Shown piece after piece: positions 1 to 11,520 of a DNA stretch of 64,000 bases. The stretch spans positions 103,974,001-104,038,000 of the forward strand of contig NC_082718.1 in the NCBI RefSeq assembly GCF_030144855.1, written 5' to 3'. Both the position numbers and the translations under genes were made by a program. Each line of letters begins with the position of its first letter. Within the stretch, counting starts at the first letter, position 1. The stretch comes from Hypanus sabinus (Eukaryota). Under the pieces are notes generated by a model that did no database searches, had not been told where the DNA came from, and saw nothing but the letters and a program-made list of their open reading frames with translations.

Positions 1-1101
1 CCAGCCTAAACTTTCATCAGGTGCAGTTGTAATCTGGCACTCCACTATCATGTTGCTGTACATGTGAGACTGATGCTATCGGAAGGGGAGAAGTTGCTGA
101 CGAGCACGCAGCGTTCTGGAAGATCAAAGTGCCTCCTGAGCACTGCTGGTCGACCATGTAACCACCCCCCCCCCCCAAGTGTAGGGGCACAGAAAGTAGC
201 CAAGCCCTGTGCTGTCTGTTATGCGTGATTACAGCCTCGAGGACAGATACTACTTAGCAGAGAAAACAAAGGGGGTTTTGAGTCAAAGAACACAGTTTTC
301 AAAATGTAGAGGATTGATAATATAAGATAAACCAAATGAATGAATGCAGGGTCACAAGAAGCACATATCTGCTAAGGAAATCAGCTTGGTTAAATGCCGT
401 GGATAGTTCTGTCCTCCCCCACCCCTTTGAAAATATCACAGCTAATGAGTGTAAGAGAAGCAGAAGAAAATGAAGCGATTTCACATGTAGAAAGTCTGTT
501 TGCACTTGGCTTTCAAAATGATTTTATATATTGCTCCTTGAAGTAAAAGTCAGCTGCATTTCTGATACCTTGCACTGCAAGGAAAAGCAGGAATTCTCTG
601 ACTAGCCTGTTTAAGCAGATCAGTGCCGCAGAAGTACTGGTTTCCCTGTAAAGTAGATGTACTCTGCTTCAGTACGAGAAAGGTCCCGGTACAGCCTTGT
701 TGAACCATCAGAGTCTCTCTCTGACTCAACGCTGAGCAGTGAGGCCACTTTAATGAAACTGCATACATATGTGTGCCAATCTGATCAGATTTTATGTACA
801 GTTTGTCTGGAATGCCCCACCTGGAAGTGTGATGAAAGCAGTTAACCGAAGGTCTAAATAGAAGAAAGTTTGGTCATTGAAAGCAGGAGAGCTGCCTAAT
901 TTAATATTCTTCCATAAAATAGTAAAGACAAGTTGACTTGTTTACCGTGCAGTTCTGTATAAATCTGTGATTGGGGAAAGGATGAAAATACCCATCAGCT
1001 GAATGTTTCTGGGCTTCATGTTGCATTGATTTCACCAAAGCAGACACCAGCACGTTAGAATGCTCTAGGACGGGCTCTGATTTGAGAAACACTACCGGAG
1101 T

Positions 1102-1200
1102 CAGTCCTGAAGAAGGCTCTCAGCCTGAAACATTGACTCTTTGTTCACTTCCACCAATACGGCCTGACCTGCTGAGTTCCTGCAGCATTTTGTGTCTGTC
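1102..1200 (+). mobile_element. Penelope-derived short repeat (pLTR-like) with degenerate type I hammerhead ribozyme motif
   Basis: AGTC-CTGAAGA-aggct ctc agcct-GAAAC-ATT-GACT at 1103-1138, followed by the family body gcctgacctgctgagttcc...gcattttgtgt that recurs many times in the window. Confidence 0.7.
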
Positions 1201-3324
1201 ACTCAGTAATCTATCATACCTTTTATTCCATGAAGCAATTTGTAAGAATTGAATTTGCTGTCAGTCAAATCAATATCTGGGCTCATGTGGTGATGAATAG
1301 AACACAATGGGAAGTTTTACAAAACTTATTTCAAGAACATAGAAGACTACATTTGTCTCTCCTTGGCCTGGGAGAGTGATGTACCTTTTCTGAGAACCTC
1401 TGGGGATTTTGTTGCAATGTTCCAGCTGGAAGTTCTTGGAGTTTGACCCACTGCCACTGAAGGAATGTCGTTATGTTTCAGGGTCAGGGTGGTGTGTGGT
1501 ATGGAGGAGAATTCCATCTGGTGCTCTGAATTAACTTCTGTTGTGATTTTGGGGAATATGGGTCATTGGAGACGTTGACACATTCTGTACACGATGAATG
1601 GTTGTAGTGCAGAACACAGCTAATTCTTGCTATTTATCCTCATTCGGTGCAATGAAGTTCTAAAAATCCACATTCTAATTGCATCTGGACGCCTATTACA
1701 GTCACTTCTGCCAAGAGTGTGAAGTAGTGACATTTGTGTCTACCAGACCAGTAGGAGACTTTCATCCAGGGGGATCTACAGAATGGTCCAAAAGGATGAA
1801 ATAATGCTCGAAGGTAAATTCTGATCATAGGTTTAAAACAAACCATGTTGAAAAATACAAGGAAGCCAAAAGTGCAGAGAATATCCCTTGGAGTTCAAAA
1901 GATAAAAGTATCTGGGTATACATTTTAGTTAATGTTTTTTACAAGATGTAGGCATTGGTGGCACAGCCAATGTTTACTGGCCAGCCCCTGTGCCTTTGAA
2001 CTAAGTGTCTTTCATTGGTAAGTCTGGTCAGATATACACCAGGCCAGCTAAGGGCAGGGAATCGATTCTGCTGAGGGGCACCAGTGAATCGGATGCATTT
2101 CCACAACAATCTGATAGTTCTGAGGCCATCACTGCTAATGACTAGATTGTGAATCTGAATTAAAAAACCAATACTGACATAGTGTGACTTGAATTTAAAG
2201 TTCAAAGTAAATTTATTATCAAAGTACATACGAGTTACAAATACTACCCTAAAATTCATTTTCTCGCAGGCACTCACCACGCATACAAACACAATAGAAA
2301 TAATGGGGAAAAAACTGCACGCATCAAAGACAGACAACTGACCAAGGTGCAAAAGGCAACAAACTATCTCTACGCTATCAACATATCAGAGATCTGGTAG
2401 TCAGAACATTAGTTTTGTCTAATTCTGATTGCTAATATACAAAGGAGGCAAATGAATACTGGAAGTAGTTCATGGTAAATGATTTCTGTATTGAAGAAAG
2501 CATGGGGGGGGAAGGGGGAAATTAGGGGGAATGAAGTAATTTTGCTGAAATTTATGACAGGTAAGAGAACAGAAAATGAAATATTTCTTTAAACGGGAGT
2601 AGATCTTACAGGCAAGGGCTAAATAATGAGAATAGTAAGAGCATACAGTATATTTTAAAAGACAAATTTGTTCTGTTAGTACAGTGTTGGCTTCCAGTGG
2701 AACAATGCTGGCAAATTGAGTAATGGAGTCATTTTGGTTGCTGGGATTTTAGCAACTTCTTCAGCTGAGGAACCAAATGTTTGCGAACTCGAGGTCAAGA
2801 TGCAACCTGTTAGAATTAGGCCAATTGATTGGTACAAAACATTGATCTTAGCAAACACTGTTGGAATTCAGCAAATCAAAGCTATTTGCAAAGAATCTGC
2901 AATCACCCCAGTAAGGCATTGTTTCCTTTACAATATTTCTTGCAAAAGATCAAGGTAAATTAAACAAAGACAAGTCAAACAACATAGTGGAAAGACTGCA
3001 AATACATAACATCACCTTCTTGGGTTTTTATAACTGGTTTGATTTATAATCTAGTTAGACCCGAAAGCAGATACCATCTCTTTAAACAATAAAACAAAGT
3101 ACTGAAATATACTTAAAGTGCTCTGCTAACCATCTCCTCTCCACAAAGTATTTGCACAACTATCATTGGATGAGACTGCTGGCCTGTTGAAACAGAATAA
3201 AATTATATGGTGTGATTTGACTGAGCTACCTTTTTATTTAATTGCTTGTATTTATTCTGGTCTTTACTTAATGCATTTCTTGTGGGAAAACTCTTAGGGA
3301 TTCAGGACTTTTAAAAAGGCAACA

Positions 3325-3804
3325 CCTAACAGGCTGTATCACTGTCTGGTATGGAGGGGCTACTGCACAGGACCGAGAGAAGCTGCAGAGGGTTGTAAAT
3401 CTAGTCGGTTCCATCTTGGGTACCAGCCTACAAAGTAGCCAGGACATCTTCAAGGAGCGGTGTCTCAGAAAGGCAGTGTCTATTATTAAGGACCTCCAGC
3501 ACTCAGGGCATGTAGGAGGTACAGAAGTCTGAAGGCACACTCTCCAGTGATTCAGGAACAGCTTCTTCTCCTCTGCCATCTGATTCCTAAATGGACATTG
3601 AACCCATAAACACTGCCTCACTTTTTTTTAATATACAGTATTTCTGGATTTTGCACATTTTAAAAATCTATTTATTATATTGTAATTGATTTATTTTTTT
3701 ATTTTATTATTTTTTTCTCTTTAGTATGTAATGCATTGAACTGCTGCTGCTAAGTTAACAAATTTCAAGTCACATGCTGGTGATAATAAACCTGATTCTG
3801 ATTC
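3325..3804 (+). mobile_element. Rex1/Babar-type LINE, 3' fragment
   Basis: Translates to LTGCITVWYGGATAQDREKLQRVV...; ends AATAAA plus a (CTGATT)n tail. Confidence 0.8.
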
Positions 3805-4547
3805 CTTTGAAATTTCACTGATCTTACATCAAGGCACTTCTCACAGTATGATTAAAGATCCTTTACCCATACGAAGTTGATTAACAACAGAAATCAAATG
3901 TGAAGAGTTCTAATGCAGGTCTCAAACTGAAATGCCAGCCCTACCTCAAACTCTGCCTTGCCTGCTGAGTTCCTTTAGCATTTTGGTTTTTGCTCCAGAT
4001 TACAAGTCTTTCAAATACAAAGGACTAGGATTGAAAGAGGAAGAGTTCAACAATGTGATGACACTGAGGTGTGCAAGATTCTACCTCAATTCACTGTGTA
4101 CTAGTTTGATCAGTGTGAACTGTGTGCAAGATAAGCATGTGACATAATAAACCAATGCCACTGAATTTGTAACTCTGATGCAGGCCATTCAGCCCAGCTG
4201 GCCTCTACTGTCCAGCTGTTCCACATGAGCTGCCTCCCAATCAACCTCATCTTGATGGATCAACGTTTTCTGTTGTGCCACCCCAAGGTTCAGCTTTATT
4301 CACCAAATACATTTACGTGTATTAGGAATTTGCTGTGGTGTGTTAGTGTGCGATATCCAACAGTAAAGCATTAGGGTAGAGACCATTGGGGAGAATACTT
4401 GCCCTTTGTCAATAATTGGAATCATTTTCAGTCCATTAAATAGACAAAGACACCTGTCTGTTCTTGTGACAACTGATCTACTGAGTATAAAACCTCTTTG
4501 ATATGGAATTTCATTTGTATTGCTACCGGAACCAATAAGGGAAGAGG

Positions 4548-4767
4548 CATAGAATCATAAAGCACCACTGCATAGAAACAGTCCCTTCAGCCCATCTAGC
4601 CCATGCCAGACTGTTATTCTGTCTAGTCCTTTCGAGTTGCACCTGAACCATAGCTCTTCCATCCATATATCCATCCAAATTTCTCTTAAATGCTGAAATC
4701 AAACCCACATGCACCACTTCCGCTGGCATCTCTTACCACCCTCAGAGTAATGAAGTTCCCCCTCATG
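4548..4767 (-). mobile_element. Old CR1 LINE 3' end
   Basis: Reverse translation ISAFKRNLDGYMDGR; CR1-type 3' UTR with short repeat tail. Confidence 0.7.
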
Positions 4768-5679
4768 TATTTCATGATGAATAGGCAGGTGATGACATCC
4801 AAGCTGAATGACTGGGTTGCTTCTAGCAGGTCTAGCAAGTTTGCTGACGATACTAAACTGGGTGGCAGTGTGACATGCGAAGAGGACGTTAGGAGAATAC
4901 AGGGAGTCTTGGATAGGCTGAGTGAGTGGGCAGATACTTGGCAGATGTCATTCAATGTGAATAAATGTGAAGTTATCCACTTTGGAAGCAGGAACAAGAG
5001 GGCAGAGTATTGTCTGAACGGTGACAAGTTAGGTAAGGGAGAAATGCAAAGAGACCTAGGAGTCCTAGTTCACCAGTCAATGAAGGTGAATGAGCAAGTG
5101 CAACAGGCAGTGAAGAGGGCAAATGGAATGTTGGCCTTTGTTACAAGGGGAATTGAATACAAGAGCAAGGATGTTCTTTTGCATTTGTACAGGGCCCTGG
5201 TGAGACCACACCTGGAAGATTGTGTACAGTTTTGGTCTCCAGGTTTAAGGAAGGACATTCTGGCAATTGAGGAAGTGCAGCGTAGATTCACTAGGTTGAT
5301 TCCTGGGATGGCAGGGCTGTCTTACGCAGAGAGATTGGAGAGATTGGGCTTGTACACGCTGGAATTGAGGAGATTGAGAGGGGATCTGATTGAAACGTTT
5401 AAGATAATTAAAGGATTTGATAGGATTGAGGCAGGAAATATGTTCCAGATGTTGGGAGAGTCCAGTACCAGAGGGCATGGATTGAGAATAAGAGGTCAGT
5501 TATTTAAAACAGAGTTGAGGAAGAGCTTCTTCTCCCAGAGAGTTGTGGAGGTGTGGAATGCACTGCCTCGGAAGACGGTGGAGACCAATTCTCTGGATGC
5601 TTTCAAGAAGGAGCTGGATAGATATCTGATGGATAGGGGAATCAAGGGATATGGGGACAAGGCAGGGACTGGGTATTGA
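4690..5679 (+). pseudogene. CR1 ORF2 reverse transcriptase C-terminal fragment; first ~48 codons are flanking DNA
   Basis: 329 aa ORF; RT homology starts at the FADD motif; endonuclease and RT N-terminus absent. Confidence 0.85.
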
Positions 5680-5772
5680 TAGTGAATGATCAGCCATGAT
5701 CTCAGAATGGCGGTGCAGACTCGAGGGGCCGAATGGTCTACTTCTGCACCTATTGTCTATTGTCTATTGTCT
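4834..5772 (+). mobile_element. Young 5'-truncated CR1 (HER1-like) LINE
   Basis: Uninterrupted RT C-terminus SKFADDTKLGG...WQMSFNVNKC...LYRALVRPHLE...RRLRGDLIETFKI; 3' UTR; (TATTGTC)3 tail at 5751-5771. Confidence 0.95.
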
Positions 5773-8252
5773 GTGATGGAAGTTTGCAATGTGATCACTG
5801 TCTACACCTCATTGCAAACAGTAAGTGGAGACGAGACTGCAGATGCTGGAATCTACAGCACAAACCATCTGCTGGGAGACCTGTAGTGGATCAAGTACCA
5901 CCTGTAGGAGGACGGGAGTTGTTGATGTTTTAGGTCCAAAACCCTGCATTAGTCATGTTTATACAATCTGTGGTGCTCAGCTTCTATATCTTCTGAGTGG
6001 TTTTATTGTACCATATAGCACACTGTCCAGAATATGGTGGAACAGTTTGGGAGAGGATGGTGAATCTAGGGTCTTGAATTGTCCTATGGAATGTTAATTG
6101 TTCAAAGCAAAGTGCAAAGAGAACATTGGGAACTCCTAAAAGAATTAAGAAAATAGAGACATACGTCCATGCACATCAACTCAATATAAGTGTTTGATGG
6201 AGGTAATGTTGACCTATAGCTGGACCTGACACAAACGCTGTTGGTAAGTGGAGTGCTGATAACTTGGTGAACCATCTTTATAAACCAGCATTCTTCTCCA
6301 GGGCATTTTGGTGGAGGGGAATTAAAGGGTGTAATTCCTCGCGCAGTGACAGGATTACACCTCCATTCTGCTTAAGCATATTTGTTTTGTGGTTGCTTAC
6401 AGATGACAACCTCGGTTCAGGGGGCTGCGTTCCTAGGAAATTGTCCGCAGTACAATTTTCTGTAACGTAAAGCTACATTATCTGCACATGCATCGCGAAA
6501 CCCGAGCTGAGCAAGAAATCAATTTCTTTACCTTTTCTTTCCCCCACATAAATTCTGTAAGAGCAAATTTTATTCGGTACCTTAGACTTTTAGTAACCTG
6601 GTAGTGTTGTTCTGAAAACTTTTCATTGGAAGATGTGTGATTTTTTTCTGAGACTTAAAAACAGTTCTGGCAGCAAGCAGGCTTTTCAGTGTACATATAC
6701 CTGACCGATCATGCACACAAGGCAATAAACTCTCCTTGACTTGGGTAACACATAGAGATATTTTAGCACCATTAAAGAGCAGGAAAGGAATTTCCAGGCT
6801 AATATATTGAAGAGGTATTACTGCCATTTGAGAGACATGTCGTTTTTCTTCCCCCATCCACAGCGTTTATAAGAAATGGATTCTAGAACTTGGCCTTTGC
6901 AGGAATTCCCCGCAGTATTGGCTCATCTGGACATTGACCGGCAAAGCTGAGTCCCATCGTAAACACTGGCTGATCTTAGGTGTTCCAAGGTGTAGGAATT
7001 TGAACATACTGTTTGTTCTCAGTGAATGGATGTTTTAGATAATTTGGTGTAGAACATCCTCTCCTATGATAAAGATCATATTGACCTATTTACAGGATGC
7101 ATTCCAGATGTTAAATCTTCTGTTGGGGGAGGGGAGGTGTGGTAGGGTATGTGTGTGGTAGAAAATAGAATGAGTAAAGGCCTTGATCACGTGTCAGAGC
7201 AGATTTGTCTTGTGCATGGAATTAATAGAAGTTTTCCTTCAGCTTCTTCATGACTGTGCTGCAGTCATTGAATCATGCAGGTTGGTGAGGGAAGGGGATG
7301 TGGGAGTGAGGCTGGGTCAAGGTTCACCCTGCGTGAAGTCGTCTTACTTGCTGGGGATGCAAAGCATTTTACTCCCTCGCGTTGTGGGATGGATGTAAGA
7401 ATTAAGTAAGTAAATCCAAATTCAAAAACTTGCTGAATACTCGTAACAAGGTTGGTAGCTCACTGCTGAACTTGCCTAAGAAATTCTTGGCATGGAAGGA
7501 AGGCTTATGGACATCAATGTTCAAGGCAATCCTTTTCAAATCACTAAGAAATAGAATCCCAGTGTTTCAAAAAAGTGCAATGGATTATAGCAGTCAAGCG
7601 AGCTTCATGTTATTAAGAAGGATTTTTACTGCACAGGCCCCGGTGATTTAGAGCAGTAGGGGACCTTGTATTAATACCTTTTGATATATTTTTTACTTCA
7701 TTGGCAATAAAATTTAAACTTCTTTTATTGCTGTCTTTAAGAACATGACGGCTGAATGAGACCCTGGAGGTGGAGATTTAATATACTAGTTTGTTCCAAG
7801 TTCACTCTGGTCACTAAATAAACCTGTCATTCTGACAAATATATGTGGGGAGGGAAAAATATAATGCACATCTGAAGTTTAACTACTAGATTAAAGATTA
7901 ACTACTCCAGTGGGGGGGGGGGGCTGTTGGCTGTGAAAGATTGATGCTGTAACTCCCCTTCTCTGTGAGTCAGTGTGCTCACTCTAGACTAAAGGGCAGA
8001 TTTGCAGAATTACCAGTGCCCATTATCTTCATATATCTTTACCATTACTGTTTTATAACAACTCTAGTAAAAACTAGCAGTGGATAGGAGTGGATGTGTT
8101 TGATACTCATTTACACGATCGGACACAACAGGATAATGGTGGTGGTTTCTCCTCGAAAGATGTGGCTTTTGTTTGACCAACAAACACCATGTGTATTTAT
8201 ATAGCACCTTTAAACTTTTAAATGAGCCAAGGCTAGTCCATTATTGAACAAG

Positions 8253-8770
8253 TGTCGCCATACCTCAGAAAAGGTATATTGGCTTTGGAGGTGGAGCAGA
8301 CGACATTCGTCAAGTTGATTCCGGAGATGAGATGGGATTTAGCCTATGTGAAGAGATTGAGTTGTCTGGGACTAAGGAAGGTTGAGTGAGCTGGGGCTTT
8401 TCACTTTGAAGAAAAGGAGGATGAGTGGTGTCTTGATAGAGGTGCGCAAGATGATAAAGAGGCACTAATAGAGTGGGCAGCTATCATATTTTTCCCAGGG
8501 CAGAATGGCCAATATAAGAGGGTGTGATTTTAGGATGATTGGAGGAAAGTATAGATTTTTCCCCCACAGGGACTGGTGGGTGCGTGAAGTCTGCTGCCAT
8601 GAGTGATACTAGAGGCAGGCACGTTGGGGACATTCAAAAGACACATGGATGGAAGGAAAATGGGAGATGATATAGGAGAGAAGTGTTAGATTGTTCTTGA
8701 AGTAGGTTAAAAGGTGAACACAACATTGTGGGCCAAAGGGCCTGTATTGTGCTGTATCTTTCTAGGTTCT
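8253..8770 (+). mobile_element. Degenerate CR1 3' fragment(s)
   Basis: Similar to the 3' part of the CR1 at 4834-5772; ends gggccaaagggcctgtattgtgctgta. Confidence 0.75.
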
Positions 8771-10309
8771 TAAACTTAAACACAGAACCATATGAGTGAA
8801 CCAAAGCATTATCAAAAATAGCTGGTTTGAAGCAGCATCATAAAAAGGGAGGGGGGGGGGAGACTCGTGGTGCTTACAGTGCTTCAGGTGAGGCTCCTTT
8901 GTTTAGAGGGTGATCACATTGCATTGACTAAACTACAGGTGCCATCTGTCTCCAGCACCCCCCCACCCCCACAGATATCATTGTGGTGCTGAGCTCAGTT
9001 CAGTTCCACAAAACTTATCAAATTCAGAGATGAACCTGGAAACCAGCCAGTTGCATAGCTTCTGTGAAACAAAAGGCTGGATACGTGATAACTGAATCTC
9101 CACTGTGTCAAAGGAATGTTCATTGATAGATAACGTTGAAAGTTTGTTTTTAGAAATGCTTTCGGATAAATCCAAGGATAAATTTAGAAGGCAGACCAGT
9201 GCATCAATTAATATGCGTACAGGCCTTTGTTGGCCTTCTGTAGGTAACTGGTGTTAGGTGCAACCCTTGGAGATCATCACCTTGCTCACATTTAACTGCT
9301 ACTGACAGGGTATAATGGCTCATGCTTTGTGACGTTCCGCCATGTGATGTACAAGGGAACAAAAGCAGAGCACGGCTGGTCTCCAGGCTGGAGCCCCTTG
9401 CCTAGGCCACCGCCTCACTTGCAGTTAGCTCACTCTCTGGAGCCCAGCTGCTCGCTGGTGCTTTTTGTCCGCATCTTTGACCCCACTGTGACGATCAACA
9501 CCTCGGCAGTGTGCTGTCAGCTGCCTGGTTTGATGTTCGAATGCTTAACGCCCATGTTCTCTCACTGTGGTAACAAGGAGCTTTGATGGTGACCCCTTGC
9601 TGTTCCTCCCGTTGTCTCCTCTTTTAATATTATGGATGAGCTCCAGTGTTTGTTTGTTGGCTTCTGCCTGGCTCCACTTTCCCAGCTTTCCACTGTGCTT
9701 TGGGCTCAGCCTGCCCTTGTTTGATCATGCTAAGGCAATATTTCAGGTCTGAGCTGGCAGTGAGAAGCCAGAGGTTTGGATCAGAGCTGGGGTTTGATTA
9801 TGGGGTAGTGGGGGTGCTGAGTGCAGAGACTGTGAAGTTGTAATGGAGCTGCTGCTCAACGACAAGGGAAATGTGCAGTAAGTACTGGCAGGCACCCTGA
9901 GACACCCTCGTAATCAATAGAGCTATTGGTTGTCACTGAAACATACATAACTTTCAGCAGTGGTAGTCTTTTAAATACCAATGACCTAAATGAAAACTTG
10001 GTCTCCATTTTGTACAGGTGCAAATATAGTAATGACTTTCACACTACCATGAATGGGTAATTACAGTGTAACTTCATTATAAAAACAAACTATTTCTGAA
10101 TGTTCTTATTTTAAATGGTAAAATTACACCCAGTTTTCTTGCATCTTTATACTTCATTTCAAGTTGTTTTTCTATAAAACTCCAACTGTTATTAAGATAC
10201 CCAAATGTAATAAATTCCAAAATGTTCTCTGAAGTTTAAAAGTAAATTTTTCCAAGTTTACAGCAAACTGTTACTGTACAATTCCAATGGCAGTGTGGAG
10301 TGTTTGTAT

Positions 10310-10580
10310 TATCAACGGAGGCTGTGGTATGTCATTAATGCCAGGTGTGTAACGAAGGCCTGGAAGATCATCGGGGACACCAGTCACCCCAACCGTAAAC
10401 TCTTTCAGCTGCTTCCGTCTGGTAAACGCTACTGCATTGTTCAAACCAGGACCAGCAGGCTACAGACAAGGCATAACACTTTTAAATTCACATGTCTGTA
10501 CATTGCGATGGTGTCATAATGCAAAGATTTTACTCACTCACATTGTGGGACGGATGTAAGATTTAAATAAATTACAATTC
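10310..10580 (+). mobile_element. Rex1/Babar LINE 3' fragment
   Basis: RCVTKAWKIIGDTSHPNRKLFQLLPSGKRY motif; AATAAA near the end. Confidence 0.75.
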
Positions 10581-10685
10581 ATGTATTAGTAGGAGAAAGA
10601 TGCTCTGCTTCATTGATTTGTCAACTAAATGGGTTCCTAATCTCCATCAGTTTGTGTAAGGGAACAGGGGTGGTGTGAACAATAA

Positions 10686-10820
10686 AAGGGGAATTAAGGG
10701 TTATGGGGAAAAGGCAGGTAGGTGGAGATGAGTCCATGGTCAGATCAGCCATGATCTTATTGAATGGCGGAGCAGGCTCGACGGGCCAGATGGCCGACTC
10801 CTGCTCCTATTTCTTATGTT
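10686..10820 (+). mobile_element. CR1 3' terminus
   Basis: GIKGYGEKAG followed by cagccatgatc...ctcctgctcctatttcttatgtt. Confidence 0.8.
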
Positions 10821-11033
10821 AAAAATCAATTTAATATCAGCTTTAGAAATTTATTCAAATAGGTTGGATTTGAAGGCAGTTTCTAAAACTTTAAAAGCAT
10901 CATATAGACCCCCCCCAATATATTTTCATCATGTTAATTATTCCTGCCATTCCAAACAGCTAAATTGTTTCTACATCATCAAGAATCTGGGAAGACATAT
11001 GTAAATATTAATTCTAATACAGATAACTGCTCT

Positions 11034-11108
11034 GTGTGTGTGTGTGTTCGTTCATGTCTGCGCGTGTGCATGTGTACGTGCATGTTTGTGACTGCATATG
11101 TGTATGTT
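11034..11108. repeat. Degenerate (TG)n / alternating purine-pyrimidine microsatellite
   Basis: Directly visible in the sequence. Confidence 0.8.
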
Positions 11109-11310
11109 TCCCTGATTGTGGACTAATAGTTAATTAGACTAAAATCATAACAGAGGGAATCACAACACTATTGCAATCTGCCAAATGCAAAATTGTTCCT
11201 TTGTAGTGTCTATCAGTAAAGCACAGTATGTATAGAGTTTGAAGAACAACATGTTAAAATAAAATTAGTTTTGAATATTGGTGAAGATATTTCTAAGTTG
11301 TACGTACTTT

Positions 11311-11520
11311 AGACCATAAGATGTAGCAGCAGAATTCAGCCCATCGGGTCTGCTCCGCCGTTACATCATGGCTGATGTAATTTTCCTCTCAGCTGCTATC
11401 TCCTGCCTTCTCCCCTTTTCCCTGCATGCCCTGACTGAGCAAGAATCTATCAACTTCTGCCTTAAATATACATAAAGTCTTGGCCTCCACAGCTGTCTTT
11501 GCAAAGAATTCAGAGGCAGC
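11311..11520 (-). mobile_element. CR1 3' terminus
   Basis: AVEAKTLCIFKAEVDRFLLSQGMQGKGEKAG on the minus strand. Confidence 0.8.

Noticed and set aside
1102-1138. An individually active hammerhead ribozyme at this copy
   Set aside because: The cleavage triplet reads ATT and the ACGT palindrome is lost; only the family consensus is predicted to be competent.
4690-5679. Functional 329 aa reverse transcriptase gene
   Set aside because: 5'-truncated at the FADD motif; the N-terminus is fortuitous flanking DNA.
6398-6580. Old Tigger-like MITE
   Set aside because: Only a left-end resemblance (TA|CAG...GCGTTCC); no matching right TIR or TSD found.
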